A stretch of DNA of 64,000 nucleotides. Source: Isurus oxyrinchus (lineage: Eukaryota). A program made the position numbers and the translations under genes. The stretch lies in assembly GCA_026770705.1 (NCBI GenBank), contig JANJGN010000009.1, forward strand, positions 129,828,001 through 129,892,000. Reading direction: 5' to 3'. This document shows, piece after piece, positions 1 to 12,231 of this stretch; position 1 is the stretch's first letter; each line of letters begins with the position of its first letter. The notes beneath the pieces were generated by a model. It was not told where the DNA came from and did not search any database. It saw only the letters and a program-made list of their open reading frames with translations.

Positions 1-26
1 TATTTAGTCACTTAGTAGCAGAGAAC

Positions 27-738
27 TTGAGTATTGCAGAGAAAAAAGACATGCTGCTGAAGCTTTCCATCTTGCACTTCACACGGCTGTTGCAAGGATG
101 TTAAATTTTGAAGGAAGCAACAATTTATGCTGCATGAGAAAAGGGTGCTGATTGGTTGGCAAGTTGACTGGTTGGTCAAGGTGTTGCCTTGCAGAATACA
201 CCAGGGAACTCTTGCTCCCAAGGCTTTTGTCTTGTATGTAGACTGTACATCCCGATGACTGCCAGATTGAATCAAACAGCACATCATTTTGGCTGTTCAC
301 AATAGACAGGGTACTGACCATACTCAACCAGCTTGTGCTTGCAAAACTCAGAACACAAAGTCTAACATTAGATCTGATTCCACAATTGGGCAGCACTTGC
401 TGAACAATCCTGAGTGTGCTAAGAATTATACTAACAACCAATTTAAGATTATCAGTCAGGCTCACAAAGTGACTAACTTATACTTGCTAGAAGCTATACA
501 TATTCATAAACAGGGACATGTCTTCTGCAGGCAAAGGAACATATCAAAGCATTATGCCTTTTTTGAATTATACAAAAGTGTGGAAGGCAATGCTTCAACT
601 AATCAGAGTCAACTTGCCAATCAATCAGCACCCATTTTCATGCAGTTTAAATTTGAAATTTGACAATCTTGTATCTGTCTTGATGAGTGTAAGATGAAAA
701 GTTTCAACAGCATATCTCTTTTTTCAGCAATATTCAAG
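27..738 (+). mobile_element. Penelope-like element 3' fragment (GIY-YIG endonuclease C-terminus) with inverted terminal pLTR copies
   Basis: Frame reads YVDCTSR*LPD*IKQH..AVHNRQ...SDSTIGQHLLNNPECAKNY...FKIISQA...LLEAIHI, typical of the PLE GIY-YIG end. 27-190 is an imperfect reverse complement of 585-738. Confidence 0.8.
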
Positions 739-979
739 AATTTCATTGTTGTTGCAGGCATAGGTGCAATAAATCACACAGAATGCATGCTGGAAGAATG
801 TCCTATTGTATATACTTTATTGTGTTTTGGGAACTATACATGTCGTTGTTATCTCTCTAGCTGACAGTAAGTCCCTGCGAAGAATATCATCTCAAATTCT
901 TGTTTTTTGGGAAAGGCTGAGGCCAACTCAAATATGGTTCTACAAGTCCAATAATTTTATGTGAATTACACAGCTTTTA

Positions 980-1220
980 CATAGGATTGCATTGGATATA
1001 CGGCAGCAAAACAAGCCATTCAGCCCAACCAGTCCAGGCTGTTATTTATGCTCCACTGAAGCCTTCTCTCTTCTTTCCTCATGCAAATTTACTATTGTAA
1101 CCACCTAACCCTTCACCCTCAAATGCATGTCAATCTTGCCCTTAACTATTCCCTATAGGAGCGTGTTCCACATTTTTACCACTCTTTGGATAAATAAGTT
1201 CCTCCTGAATTCCCTTTGGA
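980..1220 (-). mobile_element. CR1 LINE 3' tail fragment
   Basis: Reverse-strand similarity to the CR1 3' UTR seen in other copies (gccattcagcccaacc..., ttccacattt..accactct). Confidence 0.55.
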
Positions 1221-3899
1221 TGTTTAAATTTCTTAATGTCAATTAGATTATAAACATCATTTTCAACATTTTGCCTTCAGTAGAGAACATGATGAAAAGA
1301 TGTGCTCAACATATTTTGATTATCTGAAAAATTTGATTTGTTTTGTTTATATATTGATATTGGTAGCTTTTCCTCACTGTCCATTTTGTTTTGCTGCTAT
1401 CTTATGAGCATGAAATTTGAATCACTCTGAAACACATATGACATGAGCTTTTCCAGTCAGAAATGTAACTCAGTGGAAATGCCTAAGATGTGACACATGA
1501 ACTATGATATCTTAACAGTAATGAACAGGAAGTACACACATATGCAACATCTTTCTAAGATTACTTGAGATGTTTAATATTGATAGTTGAAAAATAGGAC
1601 AGGGAATGTTATCACTTGATTGGGTCTCATTAACATGGTTGCAGCAAACTGCTACACAAAATGGTCAGCAGATGTAGCTCATCAGATTCAACAGTTATTG
1701 CACGGCCTGAGGACACCAAGCAAATACTAAGGAAAGACGCTGCATGGGAAGGAGGAATATGTTTGGGAAGGTTTTGCAAATGTGGGAGCCCGTGGAGCCC
1801 AGGGAAGCAGTGGCCCTAAACTTTCTTTGTTGAGCTTCAAGGAGAACTCCTGATCCTCCTGTCTGCACAAAAGACATATTTACATTTATCCATGAAGGCT
1901 GCTGGTCCTTGCCTACAGGATCTAATTGAGTAGAGCATGCATGACAGACTGTCCACCCAGTGAACTGTAATAGTTTTACATGTATTCATGAAGCTTCTGC
2001 CTGAGTCAGGCAGACAGCTCAACTGCCCAAGGAAACAGCAGCATTTAAATAACCATTTGCTTGAACTCACATTCTACACTGTTCTTGCTAGCAGGGAGGG
2101 GAATTAAAAATCCTCCTATGCTTATATAAACAAGGATGTTACACAATGAAATTCTTAATTACACCATCTTATGCTTAAGGTGAAGTCATGGCCATTTGAG
2201 GCTAAAGGGTTTAATTGTTCTTAATTAAATGCAGTCTCAGGTCGTGTTGAATTGACATTCAGATTGTAGTTTTCTCTCTTTTCCTCCTAAAATTGGTGGT
2301 TAGCACGATTAGTGAGGAAATTCAAATATTTGCGCTTCTGTGCCAATTAAGTTAGTTACATTTGCATGGAGGCCTGGTAAATTTTAAATGATTGCATTAC
2401 TTCTTCATACATTTTTAAATGTGTGACATAAAGAGAGAGACTTAAGAAATGTGCACATGACATACCAGTTTATTATAATACTCTTGGATTTCCCATTACA
2501 TTGCTTATGGGCAGTTCAATGGTGCTGGATGTGCAAGTAGGAAATGGATGCACAATTTCAGTAAATAAATTTGGAAAGAAATGTCCAAGGCTTCTGCTCA
2601 AAGATAGTTGGACAAAAACATTTTCAATTTAAAGTCAACAGGAAAGAAAAACTGGGCCCACTGTATAATATATTCTCAATTTATTATTGCTCAATTTTCT
2701 CAAACAACCAAGATAAATTTTACCTCAATTAATTGTTAACTAAGCCAGATCAGGCAGCAGTTGGTAACAGTACAACAACAAATAAAGAGCAGCTGAACAC
2801 TTATTGGTAAGAAGGATCAATGAGATGCATTAACAATACCTCTGTCAATACGATGAATAGAATCACAAAGCTCAGTATTGCCTATTTTAACAAAGCAGAC
2901 TGACCTTAATATCAATCAACAGTCCCCTGTTCATCAAAAACACATTTGCTACTTAATTGAAACGGATTATTTCCACAATATCTGGATTTTGCTTAATGGT
3001 ACTTATGTTGAATGTCCAAGAATACAGCACAGCCTTAGGAAGGTACAGTTTGCAGTCTATATTCATCACATTGCTGTTGGATTTCCATTGGAAAGGATGT
3101 TCCTTTGCGAAGTGAACATAAAACCTTGCAACATCTTTCTTTGAATTGTGCCTTTGTACTTTTGGGCAGTTTTGCCTTCCTGAGACACACTCTGGCTTCT
3201 TTTCTAGGGGTATCCTCAGAGAGCCATCATTCATGATTATTGTCTTCTCTCCCTAGCATTAGATAACTTTGCAAGTATTATCCTTCTTTGCTTCTTATTA
3301 GACTGTGGTTTTACTCGGTATCTAAAGCTATTCAGTTAACCATTGTAGCACACTTCCTAGTCTCTACTTCAGTTTAGAACAAAATACACAACCTTTCTTA
3401 AACACTCCATGAAAAAACTTCTATCTTTTAGAGATCTTCTTGTGATTACTATTGAAAGCTCAAACAATTTCTCAAAACTTTCTCAAAGGAAATCTGTCAA
3501 GTTAAATAACAAATGATGAGCAATCAGGATGCCAATTCATGAAGCACTTTCCATGGTGGCATTCAACTAAACAAACATGTTTCAGGAGCTTGATCTGCTG
3601 GATTTCAATTAAATTGAGAGAAAAAATAGCAATCTCTAACTCTTTCTTACTATTCTTCGGAATTAAATTGGATAGCCCCTGAAAAAGAGTGTGGGGATCA
3701 CACTGTAATTAATTCATGTCCATTGTTTGAAATGCAGGCAGTATGCTGTTTGTACATTAGCATCGTTTCTGCAGGCAGCCACACTAACCACATTGTTCAT
3801 TAACTGCACTCATCAGCAGGGGCCCAAAATTATAACTTGCTAGCACAAAATAAAGCTATTTTGCAATGCTTAAAGCCTCTTAAAGTTGAGGTGCATCAT

Positions 3900-4377
3900 G
3901 GCTGGAGCAATTGCTGGCAGTCAGGCAGCAAGTGAATCTGACCTGTAAAACACTGAAGAGTGGCACAACGTGGCAGAGAGTGAGCTCCAGGTTTTCTGAC
4001 ACTGCACTGGAGGTCTTGGAGGAGGGTATGGAAAAGAGCAGAGGTGTTCTATATTGCAGGGCACCAGAAAGTCCTTCAGACACACAGTCATAAGGCAGTG
4101 GGAACAGATAACTGTGACATTGAATACCAGTAGTCAAGCTCCAAGCATCTGGATGCAGTGGTGCAAAATATTCAATGATCTCACATCAGTGGTCAAGGTC
4201 AAGGAATGTATCTTCAAATGCATGTCCCACCAACTGCACCACTAGACCCAGGCACTACTCAATTTAGCACACTCCCTGCACTCACCTGCCAACAATCGCC
4301 ATCAATTAGGACTCGTACCTAGCAATCATATTTTCCATCTCATCATCACATAATTAGCACTGCAGTAAGCCTCATTT
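3900..4377 (+). mobile_element. Harbinger-type element Z, part 1: Myb/SANT-like ORF1 exon 1 remnant
   Basis: SRFSDTALEVLEEGMEKSRGVL and WEQI...WMQWCKIFNDLTSVVK followed by GT resemble the Myb/SANT-like domain of Harbinger ORF1. Confidence 0.7.
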
Positions 4378-6320
4378 TTTTTGTATCTATTCATGGGCTT
4401 TGGGCTCCGTTGGCTAGGCCAGCATTTATTGACCACCCCTAGTTGCCCTTGGTGGTGGTGAGCTGCCTTCTTGAACCGCTGCAGTCCATGTGATGTAGGT
4501 ACACCCACAGTGATGTTAGGAAGGGAGTTCCAGGATTTTGACCCAGTGACAGTGAAGGAACGGCGATATATTTCCAAGTCAGGATGGTGAGTGACTTGGA
4601 GAGGAACTTCCAGGTGGTGATGTTCCCATCTATCCGCTGCCCTTGTCCTTCTAGATGGTAGTGGTCATGGGTTTGGAAGGTACTGTTGAAGGAGCCTTGG
4701 GTGTATTTTGCATTTTGTAGATGGTACACACTGCTGCTTATTGTGCATCCGGAGTGGAGGGGGTGAATGTTTGTGGATATGGTACCAATCAAGTGGGCTG
4801 CTTTGTCCTGGACAGTGTCAATTTTCTTGAGTGTTATGGGAGCTGCATTCATCCAGGCAAGTGGGAAGTATTCCATCACACGCCTGACTTATGCTCCATA
4901 GATGGTGAACAGGCTTTGGGGAGTCAGGGGGTGAGATGCACACCACAGGATCCTAGCCTCTGACCTGCTCTTGTAGCCACAGTATTTATATGGCTAGTCC
5001 TGTTCAATTTCTGGTCAATGGCAGCCCCCAGGATGTTGATAGTGAGGGATTCAATGATGATAATGCTATTGAATGTCAAGGGGTGATCATTAGATTCTCT
5101 CTTGTTGGAGATCCTCATTGCCTGGCACATGGCAAATGTTACTTGCCACTTGTCAACCCAAATTGGATATTGTCCAGATCTTGCTGCACTTGGACATGGA
5201 CTGCTTCACTATCTGAGGAGTCGTGAATGGTGCTGAACATTGTGCAATCATCAGCGACTTCTGACCTTATGAAGGAAGGAAGTTCATTATGAAGCAGCTG
5301 AAGATGGTTGAGCCCAGGATACTACCCTGAGGAACTCCTGCAGTGATGTCCTGGACCTGAGATGACTGACCTCCAACAACCACAACCATCTTCCTTTGTG
5401 CTAGGCATGAATCTAACCACTGGAGATTTTTCCCCTGATTTCCATTGACACGTTTTGCTAGGGCTCCTTGATGCCACTCTGTAGTCAAATATTGCCTTGA
5501 TGTCAAGAGCAGTCACTCTCACCTCACCTCAGGAGTTTAGCTCTTTAATCCATGTTTGAACCAAGGCCATAATGAGGTCAGGAGCTCAGTGGCCGTGGTG
5601 GAGCACAAACTGGGTGTCAGTGAGCAGGTTATTGCTAAGCAAAGGCCATTGATAACCCCTTCCATTGCTTTACTGATGATCGAGAGTAGACTGATGAGAC
5701 GGTAATTGGTCAGGCTGGATTTGTCCTGCTTTTTGTGTACAGAACATACCTGGGCAATTTTCCACATAGCCGGGTAGATGCCAGTGTTGTAGCTGTACTG
5801 GAACAGCTTCGCTAGGGGTGCAGTGAGTTCTGAAGCACAAGTCTTCAGTACTATCGCCGGAATAATGTCACGCCCCATAACCTTTGCAGTATCCAGTGAC
5901 TTCAGCCATTTCCTGATATTGCGAGGAGTGAATCGAATTGGCTGAAGACTGGCATCTGTGATGCTGCGGACCTCCAAAGGAGGTCACGATGGATCGTCCA
6001 CTCGGCACTTCTGGCTGAAGATTGTAGCAAATGTTTCAGCCTTATCTATTGCACTAATGTGCTGGGTCCCTCCATCATAGAGGATGGAAATATTTGTGGA
6101 GCCTCCTCCTCCTCCTCCTCCTCCTCCTGTTTAATTGCCCACCACCATTCACAACTGCATGTAGCAGGATTATAAAGCTTAGATCTGATCCATTGTTTGT
6201 GCCTATTACTTGCTGCTTATGCTTTTCAGCACAAGTAGTCCTGTGTTACACCTCATTTTTAGGTATGCCTGGTGCTGCTCCTGGCATGTCTCTTTGCACT
6301 CTTCATTGAACCAGGGTTGA
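4378..6320 (-). mobile_element. CR1/L2-group LINE (family 2), decayed RT and 3' UTR
   Basis: IPAIVLKTCASELTAPLAKLFQYSYNTGIYPAMWKIAQVCSVHKKQDKS..NYRLISLLS, ALDIKAIFD and GVPQGSILG RT motifs with frameshifts; A-rich tail at ~4378. Confidence 0.9.
6102..6128. repeat. (CCT)n microsatellite
   Basis: Direct tandem repeat in the sequence. Confidence 0.9.
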
Positions 6321-6838
6321 TCCTTCCCACATTTCAATGGTTGCACACACTGTCAGCTATTTAACCATGACAATTACACCACCCAATAACATTGCCCCAT
6401 GGTCATTGACACACTCCCCTCATTCTTGCAGAAGCTAACTGGAGGGCTACATGAACCCCTGCATGTCCTATCCCCAAGAAGAATATGCTTATTCCTGGAA
6501 CACCCAACTGCTGAGGGCATGGCGAGGGCAGGTCTGCAACTATTGAAGAAGATGGTATCCTCATGCCTAATCATCCTCCTTACATTTCACTTCTTCTTCA
6601 TCCCACATTCTCCACTGATCTACATGCTGCAGATTGTATAAGAATGCACCTCTTAGGTGCCCGCTCCCCACATCAAAACCTTATCCTTAGTCTTTCACCT
6701 TTTGGATACCCAGGGACTGCAACCTGGTCAGGCAATGGGGAAAATTACGAAGGCAATGATGATGAAAACAGACAGCCACAAAATATCATAGTTACAATCA
6801 TCAGTTCAGTTACTGACATTACACACATCTTGGAAGAC
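6321..6838 (+). mobile_element. Harbinger-type element Z, part 2 (ORF1 intron/exon remnants)
   Basis: Acceptor cattcttgcag then TGGLHEPLHVLSP-like text; ends agttcagttactgacattacacacatcttggaagac, matching the ORF1 segment at 30861-30890. Confidence 0.6.
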
Positions 6839-7150
6839 ATAAGAACGTAAGAAATAGGAGCAGGAGTAGACCACACAGCCCTTTGAGCTTGCTCTGCCAT
6901 ACAGCATTATCATGGCTGATTTTCAACTCCACTTTCCCCCTGCTCCCCATATCCCTTGATTCCCTGAGACACCAAAAATCCTCCTATCCCAGCCTCAAAT
7001 ATTTTCATCCACAACCCCCTGGGATAGAGAATTCCAAAGATCCACGAACTTTTGAGTGAAGACATTTCTCCTCATCACAGTCCTAAATGATCAGCCCCTT
7101 ATCCTGAGACTGTGTCCCCTTGTTCTAGATTACCCAGCTGGGGAAACAAT
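6839..7150 (-). mobile_element. CR1 LINE 3' end (part of the split, inverted CR1)
   Basis: Reverse complement begins attgtttccccagctgggtaatctagaacaagggg, continues through a CR1 3' UTR like 30440-30750, and ends in an (ttcttatg)-type tail. Confidence 0.9.
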
Positions 7151-7427
7151 GAGTGAAATTATCCCAGATTTGCACTAAGTGCAGCAGGAGGCAGGAAAAG
7201 AACGTTTTTCCCATTGGCTGCAATGGCAGGTTTTCATGCTATATCACCCCAATCCCGTTTCATTAATCTGCATTCCAAGGAAATACGCCATTTTGATGGC
7301 TGGCAGGCTCTAATTTGCCTGCCATACCATCACCTCGCCACTTCATCATTCCAGGTGCCACACTTAAAGTGCAGAATTGCACACACACCTTTAGCTGCTT
7401 CCAGTCCAGGACTGCTGCACAGAAGAC

Positions 7428-9149
7428 ATGACCCTGAAAAGCAAGAAGGCTGCAGCCCCCTCAGTTTAATAACATGTCCCTTGAACACCTTTTGGACGCA
7501 TTGCAGGCTCACCGTGATGTCCTCTACTCCCACTCTGGCCACGGGAAAGGCAGCAACCTCACTAATCCAGCTTGAGAGGCAGTGGCAGCAGTGATCAGTG
7601 CCAATGCCCTGCAAAAGAGGACAGCCACCCAATGCCACTACAGGATGAATGGGCTCATCCATTCTGACAGGGTAAGTCACTCTTCTCATTACACTGAACT
7701 TACACTCACATACCCATCACACATCCAGAGGGATCTCACACCTCAAGGGACAACACCACTGACTCTTACACACACCTTCACATCTCCATCAGACTCATCA
7801 TCTGGAGCTCACATTCTCATCCCAACCATGTCTCTGCTCACCACACAAACATTCCACGCAGTCCATGTGTCCTGCTCACACTCCCTCCATCTGTTTTAGT
7901 GTAGGAGAAGCTTGCTCACAACAGCAGGGAGAGGTCCCAAGCCAGGGCGGAGTGTCCTATATTCGGCCTCTCACTCACTTTGAGGAGCGTGCCATCACGC
8001 TGACTGGTGAGGATGTGGACCGTGCCTGCGGTGACGGTGACGTCGGCAATGAACACCCTTGTGAGGATCCTGCACCACATCATCCCTCTCTCAGGACAAC
8101 GGTGAGTGCTCTCTCTCCTGCTTTTGACTCTGCTGACATGCACTAATTATCTCTACTTTGGTTCATCATGATCTCTAACAAGTGAATGACACCCTCAGCC
8201 AACCAGTCCTTCAGCTGTATCTATGTCATAACATCTAGCCAAGAGGACTCCTCCTCCATTGAAGAGTTGGTAATAGGCAGCCTGGAAGACCCATCACACC
8301 GTTTATCCACACCGTCCACCAATGCAGAGACACACACCTGGATGGGACGTAGAGCTAGAGCAGGCCAGGGTTCACAATATGGTGGTCACTGCATGGACAC
8401 GTGCCCGCTGCAGGAGGAGGCAGGTTCAGCTGAGTTCCTCGACACTCGGAGGACTGCTGGGGGAGAGGCATCTGTGAGGTCCGAGGCAGATGAAGAGCCT
8501 CTGGATTTGGCCTTCCAACTCATCCTGGAGAGTCAGAAGAAGGTAGGGAAATGTCACGCAGAGCTGTTGGAAGCCCTTAACAGAGAGGCATGTGAGTTGG
8601 AGGAGTGCGCCCGCCTGCTTGCTGATGCAGGGGTGCCCATATGTGTGTGTATGGAGGTCCCCATGGAGAGGATGGCAGACGCCATGGAGACCCTGGTCCA
8701 GCAGAACACGGAGATGCGCACAGGCCTGCACTCTATCACGGTAGCCATGGGTGAGTTTCTGCACTGGCAACACGAGAGGGAAATGGGGCACTTCAACGTT
8801 CCTCCAGGAGCTCTTTCCCCTCAAGGAGTTAGGCTGGGTCCTAAGGAACCTGAAGGAAGTAGGAGTGGCAGTGGACACCTATGTGTCATCCACTCAGGAA
8901 TCTCAGAGGCTACTTGTTCCTCCAAGTCCCTCACCCTCATGCCCTGTCACTGCAGGGGGAGCAGCTGGCCCGCAGGAGGGCAGCCAAAGAAAGCCGGGGC
9001 CTTCAATGCCTCAGCTCACCAGAGGATGTATGCCAAAGTCATCAGAGGCAACAGTGCCATCCATTGCACAAGCTGTCTCAACACCTGCTGCGGATGTCAG
9101 GGCAACACCTAGAAGAAATTGTAGGCCTAGAAACGTTAAGACTTTCTGA
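7428..9149 (+). pseudogene. Spliced Myb/SANT-like ORF1 of element A (frameshifted)
   Basis: ATG 7428 (MTLKSKKAAAP), VISANALQKRTATQCHYRMNGLIHSDR|gtaagt (donor 7672), acceptor gtag|GAGAAGCTTGCTCACAAC (7905), then a coiled-coil-like MERMADAMETLVQQ segment. Confidence 0.75.
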
Positions 9150-9279
9150 CCACAAGTGGTTGCACAGGTGAACACATTTTGTCATTTTATAAACTGAAAA
9201 TACATTCACTTTCACTGAATAATGTGTAATGTTGTCTTTCAGCTTCATTGACAGGCTTCACAAGTCCTTCTGTTGCATC

Positions 9280-9286
9280 TCCCCCC

Positions 9287-9320
<34 letters not shown>

Positions 9321-10500
9321 ACCCCCCCACCCCCTGGCCACTAACAGCTCAGCTGCATGCAGCTGGACAATGAGTGATTCTGGAAGGAGAAGTGTGTGTG
9401 GCAGAGCCTCATGCGAGCATTCTCCCAAGCACGCAGAGCCTTCCCCCATCACACTCAACTCACTGCCCCGAGCATGTTCAATGCTGCCTGCTGGGGTTCT
9501 CTTTCAGTTGTCCATCTGAGCTGACCTGCATCTCCGCCCACCCATTGTTTGCACTTGAATGCAGCACCTGTGCCCATCAACATGAGGCTCTACTCACTTT
9601 CGATTTCGACAACCATGGTAGTCATTATGTTTCTGGTCAACTCCCCGGTCCTTTCCCCTCCCCCAGTCACCATGTCCTTTCCCCCTTTACTGTTGAACAC
9701 CCTGGCATCTCCTTCCATCTCCCCACTGCTAACTACCAACACAAACACCTGTCTTTCCAGGATGTCCAGGTGAACTTGCATGTTCCCTACCTTCCTGAGA
9801 ATCCCGCCCCCATCCACATTGACATCCCCAACTTCCTCCTTCCCACCACCAGGGTCCATGTTGGCATCCGAGTCCCCAGCAACCACTCTTGCCATCCCTT
9901 CAACTGCACCCGACATACCCTCACGTTCCCACTGCCCCACTCTGCCCCTTCTCGTACTCAACATTCCTGCCTACCACACCCACCCTCAATTCACTCCATA
10001 GGAGGCATTCATTGAATCCACAGACCCCTCCCATGGATGTTCAGCTGTACATTCCCCACCCCTTACTATCCCCTCCACCCTTAATCATCCTGCCCCCAGA
10101 CACCTTCTTTCCCCACCAAGACAGCTTCTTCCCTCTGAACTTCTGCCTCCCCTGGACACCTTCCCCCCTCCAAACACCTTCCCTCTCTGAACTGTTTCCT
10201 TCCCCCTCCAAGCTCCCTCCTTTACATCTTCCTCCCCTCTTACACCTGCCTCCCTATTTTCTGCATCTCCCCCATTACACCATCTTCCCCCTGTACCCCC
10301 TCCTCCCCCTTGCTCAGTCTTCCTCTCCGAACCTCAACCCCTGACATCTATGTCCCCTACCTCCTAACCTCACCAACCTGACACCTTCGAACCCCTCCCA
10401 AACTCAAACCCCTCAATATCTTCATTCGCCCTCTCCCAACCTCACCCACCAGTACACATTCTTATCCCACTTACAGCAAGGCCTTCCTCTCCCTGCCCTC
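9280..10500. repeat. Poly-C tract (9280-9333) and C/T-rich low-complexity region inside element A
   Basis: Strong pyrimidine skew on the + strand, G-rich on the - strand. Confidence 0.85.
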
Positions 10501-11014
10501 ACCGATCATCTGTAGCAGCCCATAGCCAAGATCATGATGGTCCAAAGCAGACCCAAGGCATCAACAGAGATCTCCCACCTTCCATGAGCTGCTTTGCAGC
10601 TGAGCCCTGTCCATGAGGATCCACCCAGGGTCAAGTAGCTGTAGGCTTACAGCATTCCTGCTCTTCAGATGCATGCAATCTGAGCAAAGCTCTAATGGCA
10701 AGTCCAGACTTCTGCATGTCACACTTGTCCAGATGTGTTCTGGGCTGGCATGCTTTCCCGCCGACATAATAATAAACCTAGCATGGTGGGGGTGGGGATG
10801 GGGAAGATTCCAGTTGGGCCTTACTTTGCATCCCATTACCGGCTGCAAATTGGGTGGTACACTGGCCTCCAGCCAGATTCGCATTCCGCCATGACGGACA
10901 CCATTGGAATATGCCATTGTGCTTTGACACTGGCGTGAAACTGTTTTTTGGCCTTCTCGGCATACTGTCAGACCCACCCGCTATGATACCCGATGCCTTT
11001 GGAGCCGTAAAATT

Positions 11015-12231
11015 CCTAGGATTCTAAAAGTAATTGTGCAGAGATAATGAATGCGCTGTCTATGATTTTCCAAAATTCCATAGATACTAAAACAGCCTCA
11101 GCAGGTTGGAAGTTGCAAACATAACACTGCTACTCAAGAAAGTAGGGAGAGAGAAAACAGGGAATTACAGGCCGGTTATCCTGACACCAGTCATCAAGGA
11201 ATTGCTGGAATCTATTATTATTGAAGTCTTAACAATGCACTTAAAAAACCATAGTATTATTAGAACAAGTCACCATGGTTTTACAAAATGGAATTCTGTT
11301 TGACAAATGTATTAAAGTTTTTTTGAGGATCTAACTGGTAGGGTAGACAAAGGGGATCCAGTAGATGTGGATTTTTGCATTTCCAAAAGGCATTCAATAA
11401 GATGTCACAGAAAAGGTTAATACACAAGTTAAGGGCTCAGGGACTCAGGGGTTAGATATTAGCATGGATAGAGGATTAGTTAATGGGTACAAAGCAGAGG
11501 GTAGGGAGAGGTGGGGCATTTAGTTGGCAGGCTGTGACAAGCGGAGTGATGCAAGGAGCAGTGCTGGGGCCTCAGCTATGTGCAATCTACATTAATGACA
11601 GACAAAGAGACAGAGCGTAATGTATTTATGTTTGCTAATGATACAAAGCTAGGCGTGAATGCAAGCTATGAGGTTAATACAAGGAGACACCAAAGATATA
11701 CAGACAGATTCGATGCGTGGATAACAAGTTGGCAGACAGAATATTATAAGGGAAGTGTCAGGTTTTGTTTGTAAGAATAAAAAAGCAGAATATTTTTTAA
11801 AAGGGGTGAAATTTGTAGATGCTGATATTCAGAGGGACTTTCTTGAAAAGCAATGTTACATTTGCTGACTTCCAAGGAGCATAGAAAGTTAGCTTGCAGG
11901 TTCAGCAAGCAATTAGGAAAGCAAATGGCATGTTGGCCTTTATTGCAAGGGGATTGGAGTACAAGAATAAAGAAGTTTTGCTACAATTGTATGGGGTTCT
12001 AGTGATATCACACTGCAATAACTGTGTGCAATGTTGATCTCCATATTTAAGGAAGGATATATTTGCTTTGATGGTGGCACAGCGAAGGTTCACTAGATTT
12101 ATCCCTGTGATTAGAGGATTGTCCTTTGATGAGAGGCTGAATAATTTGGATCTATATCCTTTGGAGATTAGAAGAATGAGATCTCTTTGAAACATTCAAG
12201 ATTATGAACAGCTTGACAGGATAGATACTGT
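11015..12231 (+). mobile_element. CR1 LINE ORF2 middle segment (inverted relative to its flanking parts)
   Basis: PRILK, EVANITLLLKKVGREKTGNYRPVILT, MFANDTKLG and KANGMLAFIARGLEYK motifs; multiple stops and frameshifts. Confidence 0.9.

Larger units (their letters stand above)
7151..11015 (+). mobile_element. Non-autonomous Harbinger-type element A
   Basis: Left end gagtgaaatt resembles the TIR gggtggaatt; right end ccgtaaaattc is eroded. Carries Myb/SANT-like ORF1 but no DDE transposase; homologous in reverse to 12232-15125. Confidence 0.8.

Noticed and set aside
6094-6309. Signal-peptide-like poly-Leu ORF
   Set aside because: Artefact of a (CCT)n microsatellite within an antisense LINE.
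8186-9112. 308-aa ORF as a novel host gene
   Set aside because: It lies inside TIR-bounded element A, is homologous to ORF1 pieces in C and E, and changes frame near its end.
9229-10344. Pro- or Gly-rich ORFs (also 12905-13528 and 58976-59497)
   Set aside because: Low-complexity C/G tracts lack stop codons by composition.
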